From NCBI GenBank assembly GCA_001779315.1, contig MFJU01000042.1:747-64746 (forward strand): 64,000 nucleotides of DNA, written 5' to 3'. The stretch is from Candidatus Gottesmanbacteria bacterium RIFCSPLOWO2_01_FULL_42_22. GTDB lineage: Bacteria; Patescibacteriota; Microgenomatia; 2-02-FULL-39-11. How positions within the stretch are numbered: the first letter of the stretch is position 1; each line of letters begins with the position of its first letter. Positions 44,651 to 54,000 of this stretch are shown piece by piece. A model generated the notes under the pieces. The model searched no databases, was not told the DNA's origin, and saw nothing but the letters and a program-made list of their open reading frames with translations. Position numbers and translations under genes: made by a program.

Positions 44651-47434
44651 CTAATTTTTCTTTTTAATGGCTTTAATGACCAGCATCTCGGGGTAATTTT
44701 TATCCGGATGCATTCGCAATGACGGGTCTTGACCTTCTTGAAACCGGGCAAGGATAAAACTATCTGTGAAGTACTGTGATAAATATTCCCCCAATGTGTG
44801 CTGAGGTTCAGGTATTGTCAATTTTTCACCTAGCTTAGTATTTACTTTACGCCTGCCAAAATAGTCATGAGGGTTATCGCTGAAAGCCATTTGGCTCATT
44901 GGATGATGAGCAAAAAATATCAAAGTTCCATCAGGCTTCAAACATCTAATAATTTCCCGAAAGATGGTATCGATATTTTCATTTTCATTAATGACATATT
45001 TACTGATTATTATGTCAAAGGTTTCGTCATCAAATGGCAATATAGACACATCGTTTTCCCGGAAACGATCAGCTAATTCCGGATATTTTTCTATTGTCTG
45101 GCTAATCATTTTCGAAGATCCATCTATCCCATATACATCAGCTCCATTATTATTCAGAAGATGCACTTCATTACCAGATCCGCAACCGTCATCTAATACT
45201 TTTTTACCGTTAAGTTCGGTTCCTAGCCATTCCAATAAGATTTCCTGTTCAATCGAACCGACTTCCTTCAATAAAGCATCCATTTGTTGAGTGTATATAT
45301 CGGCAGTTTCAGCATCATAACCGCCGACAGATTTTTCACCCGATATATATTTTTGTACTAAAGCATCAGGCAAATTTCTGTCACCCAGCTGATACCAAAG
45401 AAAATTGAATAATTCTTCTTCCATTTCCGGCATACCGATAATAATTTCATCCGGGGGAGGATTTAATCCTTGGACTAAACTATCGCTTGAAAGAATATTT
45501 ATTGAGCCGATAGAGGAAGCAGAAGGAATACCACAGAAAATCCTTGCTAATTGAAAATGCCTGATATATAAGGCAGTGGCCGGGTCGGGTTCCCTGAGAG
45601 TGTATAAGGTATAGCCGGCCATTTTCTGATTAGCAGTATCAACGTACAACTCGTAAAGAGCAATTTTAGCAGCACGCTCATCGAATCTCTTTATAAAATG
45701 CTTATTTACTCTGTCATGAGCATAAGATGATTTTGCTCCGGCTTTCACTAAAAAGGCAGCTGATGCTTCTTCTCGATTAAGGACGGCAAAGGCAGCCAGC
45801 CCTTTGCATAGTTTCATATAATAAATATCTGATTGACTACTCTCTTTTGCCGGCCGGAAATCCCGGCTTGCGGAAATATCGGGTAACAAATCAATCAGCC
45901 TTGTCCAATACCCAATATCAGATTCAGATGATTGCCTTTTATATCTACTCTCTTCAGGTAAAGAAGCATCAACTGCCCGGCAGAATGCTTCCTTTCCGTC
46001 TGATGACTGCCTATAAAAAGACAACAGTAAATTTTCAAAATTTTGATAATCCTGAATGCCTTTTAAGGCAGGAAAGACATCCTTTAAACCTATTGCCACC
46101 ATGAATTTCCATAAATTGTGCGGGTTTTTCTCAACTGCTTTGGTTAATTGAAGTATAAAATTACCTAAATCTTTCCAGGTATTTTGATCTCTCCATAAAC
46201 TTTCGTATAAAAGAAATTCAATCGGTGAATATATATTAAATACAGATGTGTTAATGTATTTTTCGTTTCCGTACGCCTTGTCCAAAATATGAAATTGGTA
46301 TTCAATATCTCCTCGAGTTTCTTCTGATAATACAGACAGTTCAGGTTCCTCTGGAATTTCATACGTTGCCTCTTCAGGTAATTTTCCTTCTTTTTCAACT
46401 GCTAAGTTTGCCAGTTCTGCGGATAAGTTCAAAAGTTTTAAATAGTAAATTGGCCTATAATATCTGAACATTTCTTCTCTTTTTATAAAATCGGTTGTAT
46501 ATGGAATATGACGTTCTAGCATCCTCCCTGATACGCTATAAATGGAAATCGGTGAATTTAATATTTTGATGGTATCCTCGGATATATGACCATATGATTC
46601 TGCTTCGCCAAAAATCCAGTTTACTCTAGCCCGCGGACTTAAGGCAGGATTATGACAGGAATGATAATAATCTGAAAACATTAAATCCTCCGTAGCTTCG
46701 CCGACAAGGTCTTTTAATTTAATGGTGAATAGAGTTCTTAATTTTGAATATTCCTGAACTGCTCCAGTTTCTGTATCCGTTTCAACTGCAATCCTTAATT
46801 CAATACGATCTGAATCAGTTATAGATGCGGTTTTCTCCAAAATTAAAATTGGCGAAATCTTTTTCGATTCGGAGCTCATGCTAAGCGGTTTCACACTTAA
46901 CAAGTTTTCATCTCCGGCTAATCTATATAAAACCGCGGCAGGATTTAATCCGTATTTTTCCGGCTCAAGCTGGCTGGCGGCAAAACGCTTCTCCAGGCTT
47001 TCCTGGATTGCTTCTTTTGTATGTGTAAGATTATTAAAATGGTTATGCCCGTTTTTATATCCTATATAGAAGGTTAAAGGGGATCCCTGTAATAATTTCA
47101 TTTGCAGATTAAATGCCTGACTTTGAGGATCAGCAGCAAATAAATTGATCCTGTTTGCATTTTCACCTGATGAAACGGATTGCTTTCTAATAAAGGGAAG
47201 AATATTTGAAGCAGACAAATAATAAGTCACGTCTGCGCTGGAAAGCAGTTCATTGCATAAGTGAAGTAATTTATTCATTTCATCCTTTTGGACAGGTGAA
47301 CCGTCAGGGAAAAATGAATCAACCAGTTGAGTCAGGGTAAGATCGAATCCGTCCCGAATCTCAAGTTCTTGGGAAATTCCGGTTTTCAAATTTAATTGTT
47401 CAAGCGCAACTGCCATAGATTTAGCCGAAAACAA
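44651..47434 (-). CDS. large protein with ~680-aa N-terminal region of unknown function and C-terminal class I SAM-dependent methyltransferase
   Basis: VLDDGCGSGNEVHLL (motif I), VYGIDGS, Methyltransf_11-like; no DNA-MTase NPPY motif. Confidence 0.6.
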   Translation of the reverse strand: MFSAKSMAVALEQLNLKTGISQELEIRDGFDLTLTQLVDSFFPDGSPVQKDEMNKLLHLCNELLSSADVTYYLSASNILPFIRKQSVSSGENANRINLFAADPQSQAFNLQMKLLQGSPLTFYIGYKNGHNHFNNLTHTKEAIQESLEKRFAASQLEPEKYGLNPAAVLYRLAGDENLLSVKPLSMSSESKKISPILILEKTASITDSDRIELRIAVETDTETGAVQEYSKLRTLFTIKLKDLVGEATEDLMFSDYYHSCHNPALSPRARVNWIFGEAESYGHISEDTIKILNSPISIYSVSGRMLERHIPYTTDFIKREEMFRYYRPIYYLKLLNLSAELANLAVEKEGKLPEEATYEIPEEPELSVLSEETRGDIEYQFHILDKAYGNEKYINTSVFNIYSPIEFLLYESLWRDQNTWKDLGNFILQLTKAVEKNPHNLWKFMVAIGLKDVFPALKGIQDYQNFENLLLSFYRQSSDGKEAFCRAVDASLPEESRYKRQSSESDIGYWTRLIDLLPDISASRDFRPAKESSQSDIYYMKLCKGLAAFAVLNREEASAAFLVKAGAKSSYAHDRVNKHFIKRFDERAAKIALYELYVDTANQKMAGYTLYTLREPDPATALYIRHFQLARIFCGIPSASSIGSINILSSDSLVQGLNPPPDEIIIGMPEMEEELFNFLWYQLGDRNLPDALVQKYISGEKSVGGYDAETADIYTQQMDALLKEVGSIEQEILLEWLGTELNGKKVLDDGCGSGNEVHLLNNNGADVYGIDGSSKMISQTIEKYPELADRFRENDVSILPFDDETFDIIISKYVINENENIDTIFREIIRCLKPDGTLIFFAHHPMSQMAFSDNPHDYFGRRKVNTKLGEKLTIPEPQHTLGEYLSQYFTDSFILARFQEGQDPSLRMHPDKNYPEMLVIKAIKKKN

Positions 47435-48755
47435 AGCCTTTCTTTTTTACGGTTTTCAATAAGTTTTCATCGATTCCGACAGCATTTAGTTTTTTCCTCA
47501 CCCGGTGGGCAAGAACATCTATCGCCCAATCGGAATATTTTTCCTCCCAACAGTCACCCCAAATAGTTTGGGCGATCACTTCACGGGATATGATTTTCTT
47601 TTTGGAATTAAGGAGAAGAAGCATCAGTAATTTTTCTTTATTGGTCAGTGTGTTAGTCAGATTATTTTTTCCGAGCATGATTTGGTCATGCTTGACGTGA
47701 ATAATATCCAGCTTCATTTCCTTTTCAATGATCTTTGAAAGAAGGGGCAGTCCGAGTTCAATACGATCCGATTTTTCTATAATGACCCTAATACTTTTTA
47801 AATATTCATATTCATGAGTCAGAGAATCGGTCTGTTCAATATTGCCCAGATATATCTTTCTGATGATATTTTTTTCTTCAGCTGTAAATTTGCCCCAAAT
47901 TACTTCCAGTTTGTTCAAAAGCAAAATATCCGTGCAGGCTTCATATACTGATAGTTGGAAATCATCCCTCAGGTTTCTGATGGCCTGATGGACAAGCCAG
48001 TGGTATCCGCCGCATATCCGATAAATTTCTTTGGCTGTTTTTTCCGGCAAAGTAACATTCCAGAGGTCACAGTAGAAATTGATAAATTGCAGCACATCCG
48101 GTTCATCGTACAAAGGGTATTTAATGATGTGATCAAAGAGGAATGAACACTTATCGGCTAAAACTTTATATTTATCATCGGTAATATCCAGTTCTGAAAA
48201 AACGATGACAGACAGATTTTTACTGGTCTGGACAAGCAGTTCCAAATCGATTAAAGGCTGATAATTTTTATAATTCAAGACCGGAACAATATGGGCTAAG
48301 AATAAACCGACTTCATAACCGCTTCCGGCAATCAAGTTCAATAACTCAATATTTGATAAGCTATTTAATGATTTTTTGTGACCAATCTTTCTTGAAAGAT
48401 AAAGTTCAACTAATGATTCATTGATCGTTTTGAGGAGATCCTTTTGGTCGATGGGGATGTATTTTAAGAGGTATTTTCGGTAATATGGACCAAAGTATTT
48501 TCTTAAGAGGTGCTTATTGTTAATTACCTCTGTCACACTGTATTCGCAGTCGTCCTGTAGTTGGATAATTGTTCCCGATTCAGTATAACGGATAATATTC
48601 AGCCACTTCTTAGCATTCGCCTCGATTGTTTTAACCGTTAAATCAGTTAAACACTTATTTGGATCTTTATAGCCGGCAGTCGAAAAAATACTCCACCACT
48701 GCCTGGCATTCTCCGATCCAATGTTAGTCTGTTTCTTTTGAGCGGTTCTATTCAT
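47421..48755 (-). CDS. protein with C-terminal OmpR/PhoB-type winged-helix DNA-binding domain, no receiver
   Basis: C-terminal EVIAQTIWGDCWEEKYSDWAIDVLAHRVRKKL...KTVKKKGFVF; N-terminal 350 aa unrecognised; 14-nt overlap with the downstream MTase gene. Confidence 0.5.
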   Translation of the reverse strand: MNRTAQKKQTNIGSENARQWWSIFSTAGYKDPNKCLTDLTVKTIEANAKKWLNIIRYTESGTIIQLQDDCEYSVTEVINNKHLLRKYFGPYYRKYLLKYIPIDQKDLLKTINESLVELYLSRKIGHKKSLNSLSNIELLNLIAGSGYEVGLFLAHIVPVLNYKNYQPLIDLELLVQTSKNLSVIVFSELDITDDKYKVLADKCSFLFDHIIKYPLYDEPDVLQFINFYCDLWNVTLPEKTAKEIYRICGGYHWLVHQAIRNLRDDFQLSVYEACTDILLLNKLEVIWGKFTAEEKNIIRKIYLGNIEQTDSLTHEYEYLKSIRVIIEKSDRIELGLPLLSKIIEKEMKLDIIHVKHDQIMLGKNNLTNTLTNKEKLLMLLLLNSKKKIISREVIAQTIWGDCWEEKYSDWAIDVLAHRVRKKLNAVGIDENLLKTVKKKGFVFG

Positions 48756-49014
48756 TTTAGACGGTCATAACAACCCAAACGTAAAAATGTAAGGATTTTG
48801 GCGGATTATACCCTTTTTTGTAAGGAAGTCAAATTTTCCTGACAAATTATGACAAGCAAAATATAACCTCTTCCTATACTCTATGGGCTGAATTTCTTTC
48901 TTTACGGGGTGGACCCGAAAAAAAAGGACGAAGTTCAGCTCTTTGACAGGAAGGAACCAATCAAGCCAGGATGCGCCCTGACTTGAAAATCTAAGTTTCC
49001 AACGGAGGAAAAAA

Positions 49015-49842
49015 ATGAACACCAGTAAGCTTTACATCCTATTGATTGTGTTGGTCACTCTGACTTCGTGCGCTTCGCCAGGCTCAACCCAAGTACCCCC
49101 TGCTTCTGTAAAAGCAGAATATGAACAGGAGACCTTCGAGCTGGGAAGTTTCGGAATGGTGGCTGTCCAAGCAGGGATTCTTGAGGCCGGAAACTACTAC
49201 TTCGTGCCCAGTGCAACCGCAGTCAGCGGCGGCATCTCCGTTTACTCCCTGACCCAGGGAACCGTGATCGGATTCCTAATCGAGAGGTTGGTTGAGGTCG
49301 GCCCCGGAATAATTCAGGATATGGTAGAGGGTCCGAGAACCTTCTACTGGGACGGCCAGATAACAACCATCAACCGGGCAACCGGAGAAATTCGGGTTTA
49401 CGCCCTCGAAGATGCCGATACTGCCGAGGCCGAAAATGCTAAAACTGATGAGGAGGCTCAGGCGAAAGCCGGAGAGGAGGAAAAAGTGAGCCAATATCAG
49501 AGTGATCCGATTATCCATGTCGATGATGATCCGACGTGGATAAGAATTGGAGCAGAAATCATAGGACCTACAATGGTCTTTAACGATTGCGAGTCTTTAA
49601 TCTCAGCGTTACAGGCTAATCCTGCTTTACATGGCCGTGCCTATATTGTTGACAACGATTTGGGTCCAGGAAAAATGAAAGGTCCTCAATGCGTGCAGCA
49701 GATTTTGGCCTTAAGGCCAGGGTCGGTCATCATTGGCCTCTCGGGAGGTTTCAATGATCCGGGGTTTGTAAACTCAGGTGCGAAAACCTGGGTGAGCAAA
49801 ACTAAAGTTGACTTCAAAACTTTCCGAGATCTACTGCCGTAA
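49015..49842 (+). CDS. putative lipoprotein with C-terminal receiver-like (CheY-fold) domain
   Basis: Lipobox LTSC after a signal peptide; IIHVDDDP...YIVDNDL...IIGLSGG resembles a receiver; locally GC-richer. Confidence 0.4.
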   Translation: MNTSKLYILLIVLVTLTSCASPGSTQVPPASVKAEYEQETFELGSFGMVAVQAGILEAGNYYFVPSATAVSGGISVYSLTQGTVIGFLIERLVEVGPGIIQDMVEGPRTFYWDGQITTINRATGEIRVYALEDADTAEAENAKTDEEAQAKAGEEEKVSQYQSDPIIHVDDDPTWIRIGAEIIGPTMVFNDCESLISALQANPALHGRAYIVDNDLGPGKMKGPQCVQQILALRPGSVIIGLSGGFNDPGFVNSGAKTWVSKTKVDFKTFRDLLP

Positions 49843-49951
49843 GTTAAACGTCTTTCCTGTCGTCTGACAGGGATCGGTGGCCATCAGAGGCGCTTCTCAT
49901 TCCATCGATTCCTGTCAATTTTTTTAAGTGATGAGATCGGGGAAGCGGGGA

Positions 49952-50383
49952 TTAAAACTCATTGATACTTCTTAGATACTGAAGGAAATTTCCCGGTTTG
50001 ATTATTAAAATCCCCAAATCATTTTCGATTTTGTTTGCTTTGTAATGCCGGCTGTTATGGGACAGTAAGAATTTAGACTTTGATAGGTAAGCTCCGGCAA
50101 CCACATGTGAATCTTCTTCATCAATGACATAATCCCCATAATTTTTGATTAAATCTTTTTTGGTTATATCAAAAGCGATTGTTCTGAGATTGTTGAGGAT
50201 TTTTACGGTGCTCCCAGCTTCAATATTAAGTCTTTTTCCCACTTCTTTTACCTCTTCTGCAACGGTATTGGTAATTATTTTTTCAATTTTGGGAATTTTG
50301 ATGACGTTAAAGGAAGCGCCGGTTTTTGAAAGCAGGGAGGAGATAATGACATCAGTGTCTAAAAAGACCCGGATTTTTGCCAT
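49952..50383 (-). CDS. PIN-domain protein (toxin-like)
   Basis: IRVFLDTDVIISSL N-terminus. Confidence 0.6.
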   Translation of the reverse strand: MAKIRVFLDTDVIISSLLSKTGASFNVIKIPKIEKIITNTVAEEVKEVGKRLNIEAGSTVKILNNLRTIAFDITKKDLIKNYGDYVIDEEDSHVVAGAYLSKSKFLLSHNSRHYKANKIENDLGILIIKPGNFLQYLRSINEF

Positions 50384-50634
50384 AGCTTTTGACGGACATT
50401 TCTGATAGTTTCATTCACTTTTTCCAATCCAGCTTCATCCGTCTTCTGGGCTTTTAATATATCCTCATCCATCCCGGTGAAGACAAAGGAAATTGAACTT
50501 GCGGGAATTCGATACACCTTTCCGATTTTTTTGGCAATAATTTCTCCTCTGCCGATCAGCTCATAAATGGTGTTTTTGCTCAACTGGAGTATTTCTGCGA
50601 CTTGTTCCGGTGTGTACGTTCTTGGATGTAACAT
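50359..50634 (-). CDS. HTH (excisionase/MerR-like HTH_17) putative antitoxin
   Basis: YTPEQVAEILQLSKNTIYELIGRGEI; overlaps the PIN gene. Confidence 0.5.
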   Translation of the reverse strand: MLHPRTYTPEQVAEILQLSKNTIYELIGRGEIIAKKIGKVYRIPASSISFVFTGMDEDILKAQKTDEAGLEKVNETIRNVRQKLWQKSGSF

Positions 50635-50708
50635 GACTATTTTATATCAAACATGACTAAAAATGTCAATATAGTATAAACTCACTGTAAAGGTATGATT
50701 CCCCGAAA

Positions 50709-51080
50709 TTGTTAAATTTCGAGGATTATAAGTCCCCAAAATATGCCGAATTTAAGGAGCCGGTGGTAAACAAAGCGTTTTTACAAGACCATTATTTAGG
50801 TCTTGACATAAGACCTATATATAGGTTAAACTATTGGTATATGATTTCAACATCTATTTCTCAACTTAAAGCAAACCCATCCGCTGTGATTGAACAAGCA
50901 GCCGATTATCCGGTAGCAGTCGAAAGCCGGAATGATGTCAAAGCCTATCTCATCGGTAAAAATCTTTTTGAAAAAATGATTGCATTTATTGAAAATTATG
51001 CAGATGCCGAAGCTGTTAAAAAGGCAGACTTCAAAAGCGGAAAAGACTTAGAAGAAGTAGCCAAAGAACTTGGGATATGA
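50709..51080 (+). CDS. Phd/YefM-type antitoxin
   Basis: ISQLKANPSAVIEQAADYPVAVESRNDVKAYLI; the true start may be the internal Met near 50844. Confidence 0.5.
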   Translation: MLNFEDYKSPKYAEFKEPVVNKAFLQDHYLGLDIRPIYRLNYWYMISTSISQLKANPSAVIEQAADYPVAVESRNDVKAYLIGKNLFEKMIAFIENYADAEAVKKADFKSGKDLEEVAKELGI

Positions 51081-51340
51081 AGATTGTTTTATCTCCTAGG
51101 ACGGAAAAACAGCTCAGAAATCTACCGAAATTTGACCAGATAGCTATAGCAGAGAAAATCCGCAATTTGCCTCAAAGTCAACAGTCAGGGGAAGAAAAAC
51201 TGTCCGGTTTCCCCGGCATCTACAGGGTAAGGGTAGGAAATTACCGAATTGTTTATAAAAAGCTGGCTGATTCTTTCTATATTGTTATAATTCGTCATCG
51301 ACGGGATGTCTACCGCTTAGTCAAAGATTTATTGGGCTAG
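51077..51340 (+). CDS. RelE/ParE-family toxin
   Basis: 87 aa; IYRVRVGNYRIVYKKLADSFYIVIIRHRRDVY; overlaps the antitoxin stop. Confidence 0.7.
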   Translation: MKIVLSPRTEKQLRNLPKFDQIAIAEKIRNLPQSQQSGEEKLSGFPGIYRVRVGNYRIVYKKLADSFYIVIIRHRRDVYRLVKDLLG

Positions 51341-52598
51341 CATACAGATCTTCCAGTTCCTTGACCCCGCCGAAGGCGATGCGGTCAAGAACAAGATCAT
51401 CCATGCCGAGCATTAAAGCAGGGGTAATGACAAATTCGCCGAAACGGTTATTGATTTTGTCGGCGGCATCGGTGACGTCCCTGTTTTTGCTTTTTTCTGT
51501 CCGGAAAAGCTCCTCCTGGACAAATTTTTTCTCGAAGAGTTTAAAACAGCTGACGGCCAGTTTAGCCACTTTTTTCGAAGGATGCGTTTGGTTGTTAAAG
51601 ACCAGCATGACCTTTTTGAACAGTTCTCCCGTGGTATACATTTCGGTCGCAAAAGTTTCCCCCCGGTGCCAATGGGTGTAGTCGGTATAGATAACGGCAA
51701 CATGGATGCCCAAAGCTGTATAACCGTGGCGGCGCAATCTTCGGCCCATTTTTTCCGTCAGTTTCATTAACAACCGGGCCAGCTCTCTTTTATCAGAGGT
51801 GAATTTGCCCAAGGCATAGGACTGTCCGAAGCTTTTGCGCTCAAACTCAATCGCATCAATCTCCCAGCCGCGCAATCTCAAATACCAGTAATGGCCGACA
51901 ATGCTCTGGAAAACCTCTTTGATAAGAAGTTCGCGTGAAGCTTTCAAAAAATCCAAAGGAGTAAAAATGTCCCGGGCGTTGAGTCTGGCCTGAAAGCGCG
52001 TATTGATGCCGCAAAGATCAATCAAAGTTACCCTGTCATAAACTTCCTCCAGGTTTTGCCAGTTGATCGTCTGAAGCCCGTCCGGCTTTTTTAAAGAAGC
52101 CGCCAGTTTGGCCAGAAAGCGGTTGGTGGAGATGCCGACTGAAACGCTAATCCACTCGCCGATTTCCCGTTTAATCCGTTTTTTTATTTCACTGCCGACA
52201 TCCTCAAGGCTTTTATTTTTTATTTGGCAGCCGCTAAAATCCAGGACTGCCTCGTCAATAGATTTGGGAAAAACGTCGGGTGAATATTCCTTGAAGATCC
52301 GGCTGAATTTCAAATGAACATCCCTGTATTTGGGAGGATCAGGCGGCCGCACGATTATTTGAGGACAAAGAAGTCGGGCTTCCCGCACCGTCATGCCGAC
52401 CCTAACCCCGTACCTTTTAGCTTCAATTGAGGGAGCGATGACACAGCCGTTGCCGGTGGTGTAGGCAGCTACAGCTACCGGTTTGCCGCGCAGCAGTGGA
52501 TTGGCCTGCTGTTCGGCGGTGGCAAAACAGGAGTTCATGTCAATATGCATGACCAGGGGCAAGTTGCGGTTAAGAGGCAAGTCCATCGCTGACCTCAT
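51321..52598 (-). CDS. Y-family DNA polymerase (DinB/UmuC-like)
   Basis: MHIDMNSCFATAEQQANPLLRGKPVAV N-terminal catalytic motif. Start placed at Met 52598 or 52586; the track's 52724 start overlaps the upstream ORF. Confidence 0.8.
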   Translation of the reverse strand: MRSAMDLPLNRNLPLVMHIDMNSCFATAEQQANPLLRGKPVAVAAYTTGNGCVIAPSIEAKRYGVRVGMTVREARLLCPQIIVRPPDPPKYRDVHLKFSRIFKEYSPDVFPKSIDEAVLDFSGCQIKNKSLEDVGSEIKKRIKREIGEWISVSVGISTNRFLAKLAASLKKPDGLQTINWQNLEEVYDRVTLIDLCGINTRFQARLNARDIFTPLDFLKASRELLIKEVFQSIVGHYWYLRLRGWEIDAIEFERKSFGQSYALGKFTSDKRELARLLMKLTEKMGRRLRRHGYTALGIHVAVIYTDYTHWHRGETFATEMYTTGELFKKVMLVFNNQTHPSKKVAKLAVSCFKLFEKKFVQEELFRTEKSKNRDVTDAADKINNRFGEFVITPALMLGMDDLVLDRIAFGGVKELEDLYASPINL

Positions 52599-52842
52599 CA
52601 AGTCTCCAAAAAAGAGTTTCCGTATCCAGTTCAAGCCGGAAAGCCAGCGAATTGTTGGAGACTGAGAAAATATGGAGAAGTTTTTTGCCCTGTTTGACTT
52701 TGTGGTGGTAGCCGATCTTGTCAATTATGTAGATGCGGCCCTGCCATTTGATTTTTTGGGGCATGACCGTCCTTTTTTCCCGGTCAAAAACCGTCACCAC
52801 GCTGATTTTTTCGTTGATTTTTTCGTTCATAAAATCGCTCAA
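52570..52842 (-). CDS. small protein between lexA and the Y-family polymerase (possible polymerase accessory, YolD-like?)
   Basis: 90-aa ORF in operon position; no confident family. Confidence 0.3.
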   Translation of the reverse strand: MSDFMNEKINEKISVVTVFDREKRTVMPQKIKWQGRIYIIDKIGYHHKVKQGKKLLHIFSVSNNSLAFRLELDTETLFWRLDEVSDGLAS

Positions 52843-52860
52843 AATGACACGTAACTCTTT

Positions 52861-53433
52861 TCAGTGATATTTCCGGATGACCGAGATGACAATGCCGAAA
52901 ATGATGAGATTTTCTTTCGGATACAGGGGTTTGTATTTGCTGTTGCCTGCTGAGAGAAAAACGAGATTATCTTTTTTGCGGAAATACTTGAGAGTGAATT
53001 CATCATCAATTGCCGCCACCACGATATCGCCCTCTTTAGGTTGGCGGCCCTTTTCCACAATCACCATATCGCCTTCGTGGATGCCGGCCTCAATCATCGA
53101 ATCCCCTGAAACCCTAAGAAGATATGATCTTTCGGGGCGGGCAATCAGATAGTCATCAAAGGAAACGGCAGACAGAAGCTGCTCTTCGGCGGCTGTCGGA
53201 CTGCCGGCGCGGATAATACCTAAAACAGGCAGGGAGGGAAAAAGCTGTTTCGGCATAAGTTTGCCGGTAGAGTCCTTCCCCAATATGCCGGCTTCGATGA
53301 GTTTGGCCGCCAATTTAAAACTGGCTCCCTTGGAAGAGAAACCGAAAAGACGGCACATTTCCTGATAAGAGGGGAGACGCTTGTTTTTGCGGAAAAAGCG
53401 GCGGATTTTCTGTACAGCAGACTCAAGATTCAT
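52861..53433 (-). CDS. lexA: LexA repressor
   Basis: N-terminal wHTH; S24 peptidase motifs VSGDSM and GDIVVAAIDDEFTLK; perfect GAAC-N4-GTTC box upstream. Confidence 0.8.
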   Translation of the reverse strand: MNLESAVQKIRRFFRKNKRLPSYQEMCRLFGFSSKGASFKLAAKLIEAGILGKDSTGKLMPKQLFPSLPVLGIIRAGSPTAAEEQLLSAVSFDDYLIARPERSYLLRVSGDSMIEAGIHEGDMVIVEKGRQPKEGDIVVAAIDDEFTLKYFRKKDNLVFLSAGNSKYKPLYPKENLIIFGIVISVIRKYH

Positions 53434-53452
53434 AGCTTACAAGATTATCATA

Positions 53453-53468
53453 GTGAACGATCGTTCAC
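53453..53468. promoter_or_regulatory. LexA box (Cheo-type GAAC-N4-GTTC), perfect 16-bp palindrome GTGAACGATCGTTCAC
   Basis: Lies 20 bp upstream of the lexA start codon, in the divergent lexA/flavodoxin intergenic region. Confidence 0.7.
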
Positions 53469-53515
53469 CTGTCAAGGGGAAGAAGCGCTTGTCAGAAAAA
53501 GTCAGGTATAGTAGT

Positions 53516-53992
53516 ATGGAGAATATGAAAATTCTGATTGTTTATGCTACCAATTCCGGCGGGACACAACTGGCCGCCCAGATAGTCCAGGAAACCCTGG
53601 TCAAACACAGTCTGACGGCAGAACTTAAAGAAGTCAGGGATACTTCGGCTGATGAATTTGCGGGATATGATTTAGTGATTCTTTCTTCTCCGAGTTGGGA
53701 TGATGAAGGAGCTGAAGGACAGCCTCATCCTGACTGGCGGCCGTTTATGGAGAAAGCAAAAGGCAAGGATATGTCGGGCAAAAAATTTGCCGTCATAGGA
53801 CTGGGAGATTCCTCTTATACTTATTTTTGCGGTGCGGTAAAAATTTTGGAAGATTTCATCAAATCCCTCAAAGGCGAACTGCTGACGGAATCCCTTAAAA
53901 TTGACGGATTCTATCTAGACCAGCAGAAAAGTTCCCTTCAACTGACAGATTGGACAGACAATTTGGCATCACGGCTTCAAGGGGCATCCTAA
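53516..53992 (+). CDS. flavodoxin
   Basis: KILIVYATNSGGTQ...LVILSSPSWDDEG. Start at Met 53516 preferred over the track's 53381. Confidence 0.7.
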   Translation: MENMKILIVYATNSGGTQLAAQIVQETLVKHSLTAELKEVRDTSADEFAGYDLVILSSPSWDDEGAEGQPHPDWRPFMEKAKGKDMSGKKFAVIGLGDSSYTYFCGAVKILEDFIKSLKGELLTESLKIDGFYLDQQKSSLQLTDWTDNLASRLQGAS

Positions 53993-54000
53993 AATAAGCT

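Noticed and set aside
48765-49022. 85-aa minus-strand ORF upstream of the lipoprotein gene
   Set aside because: It lies in an intergenic or promoter region, has low-complexity composition and no Shine-Dalgarno or family signal.
51321-52724. The track's longer start (52724) for the Y-family polymerase
   Set aside because: The N-terminal 40 aa have no polymerase similarity and overlap the upstream small ORF. Met 52598 or 52586 gives the canonical MHIDMNSCF spacing.
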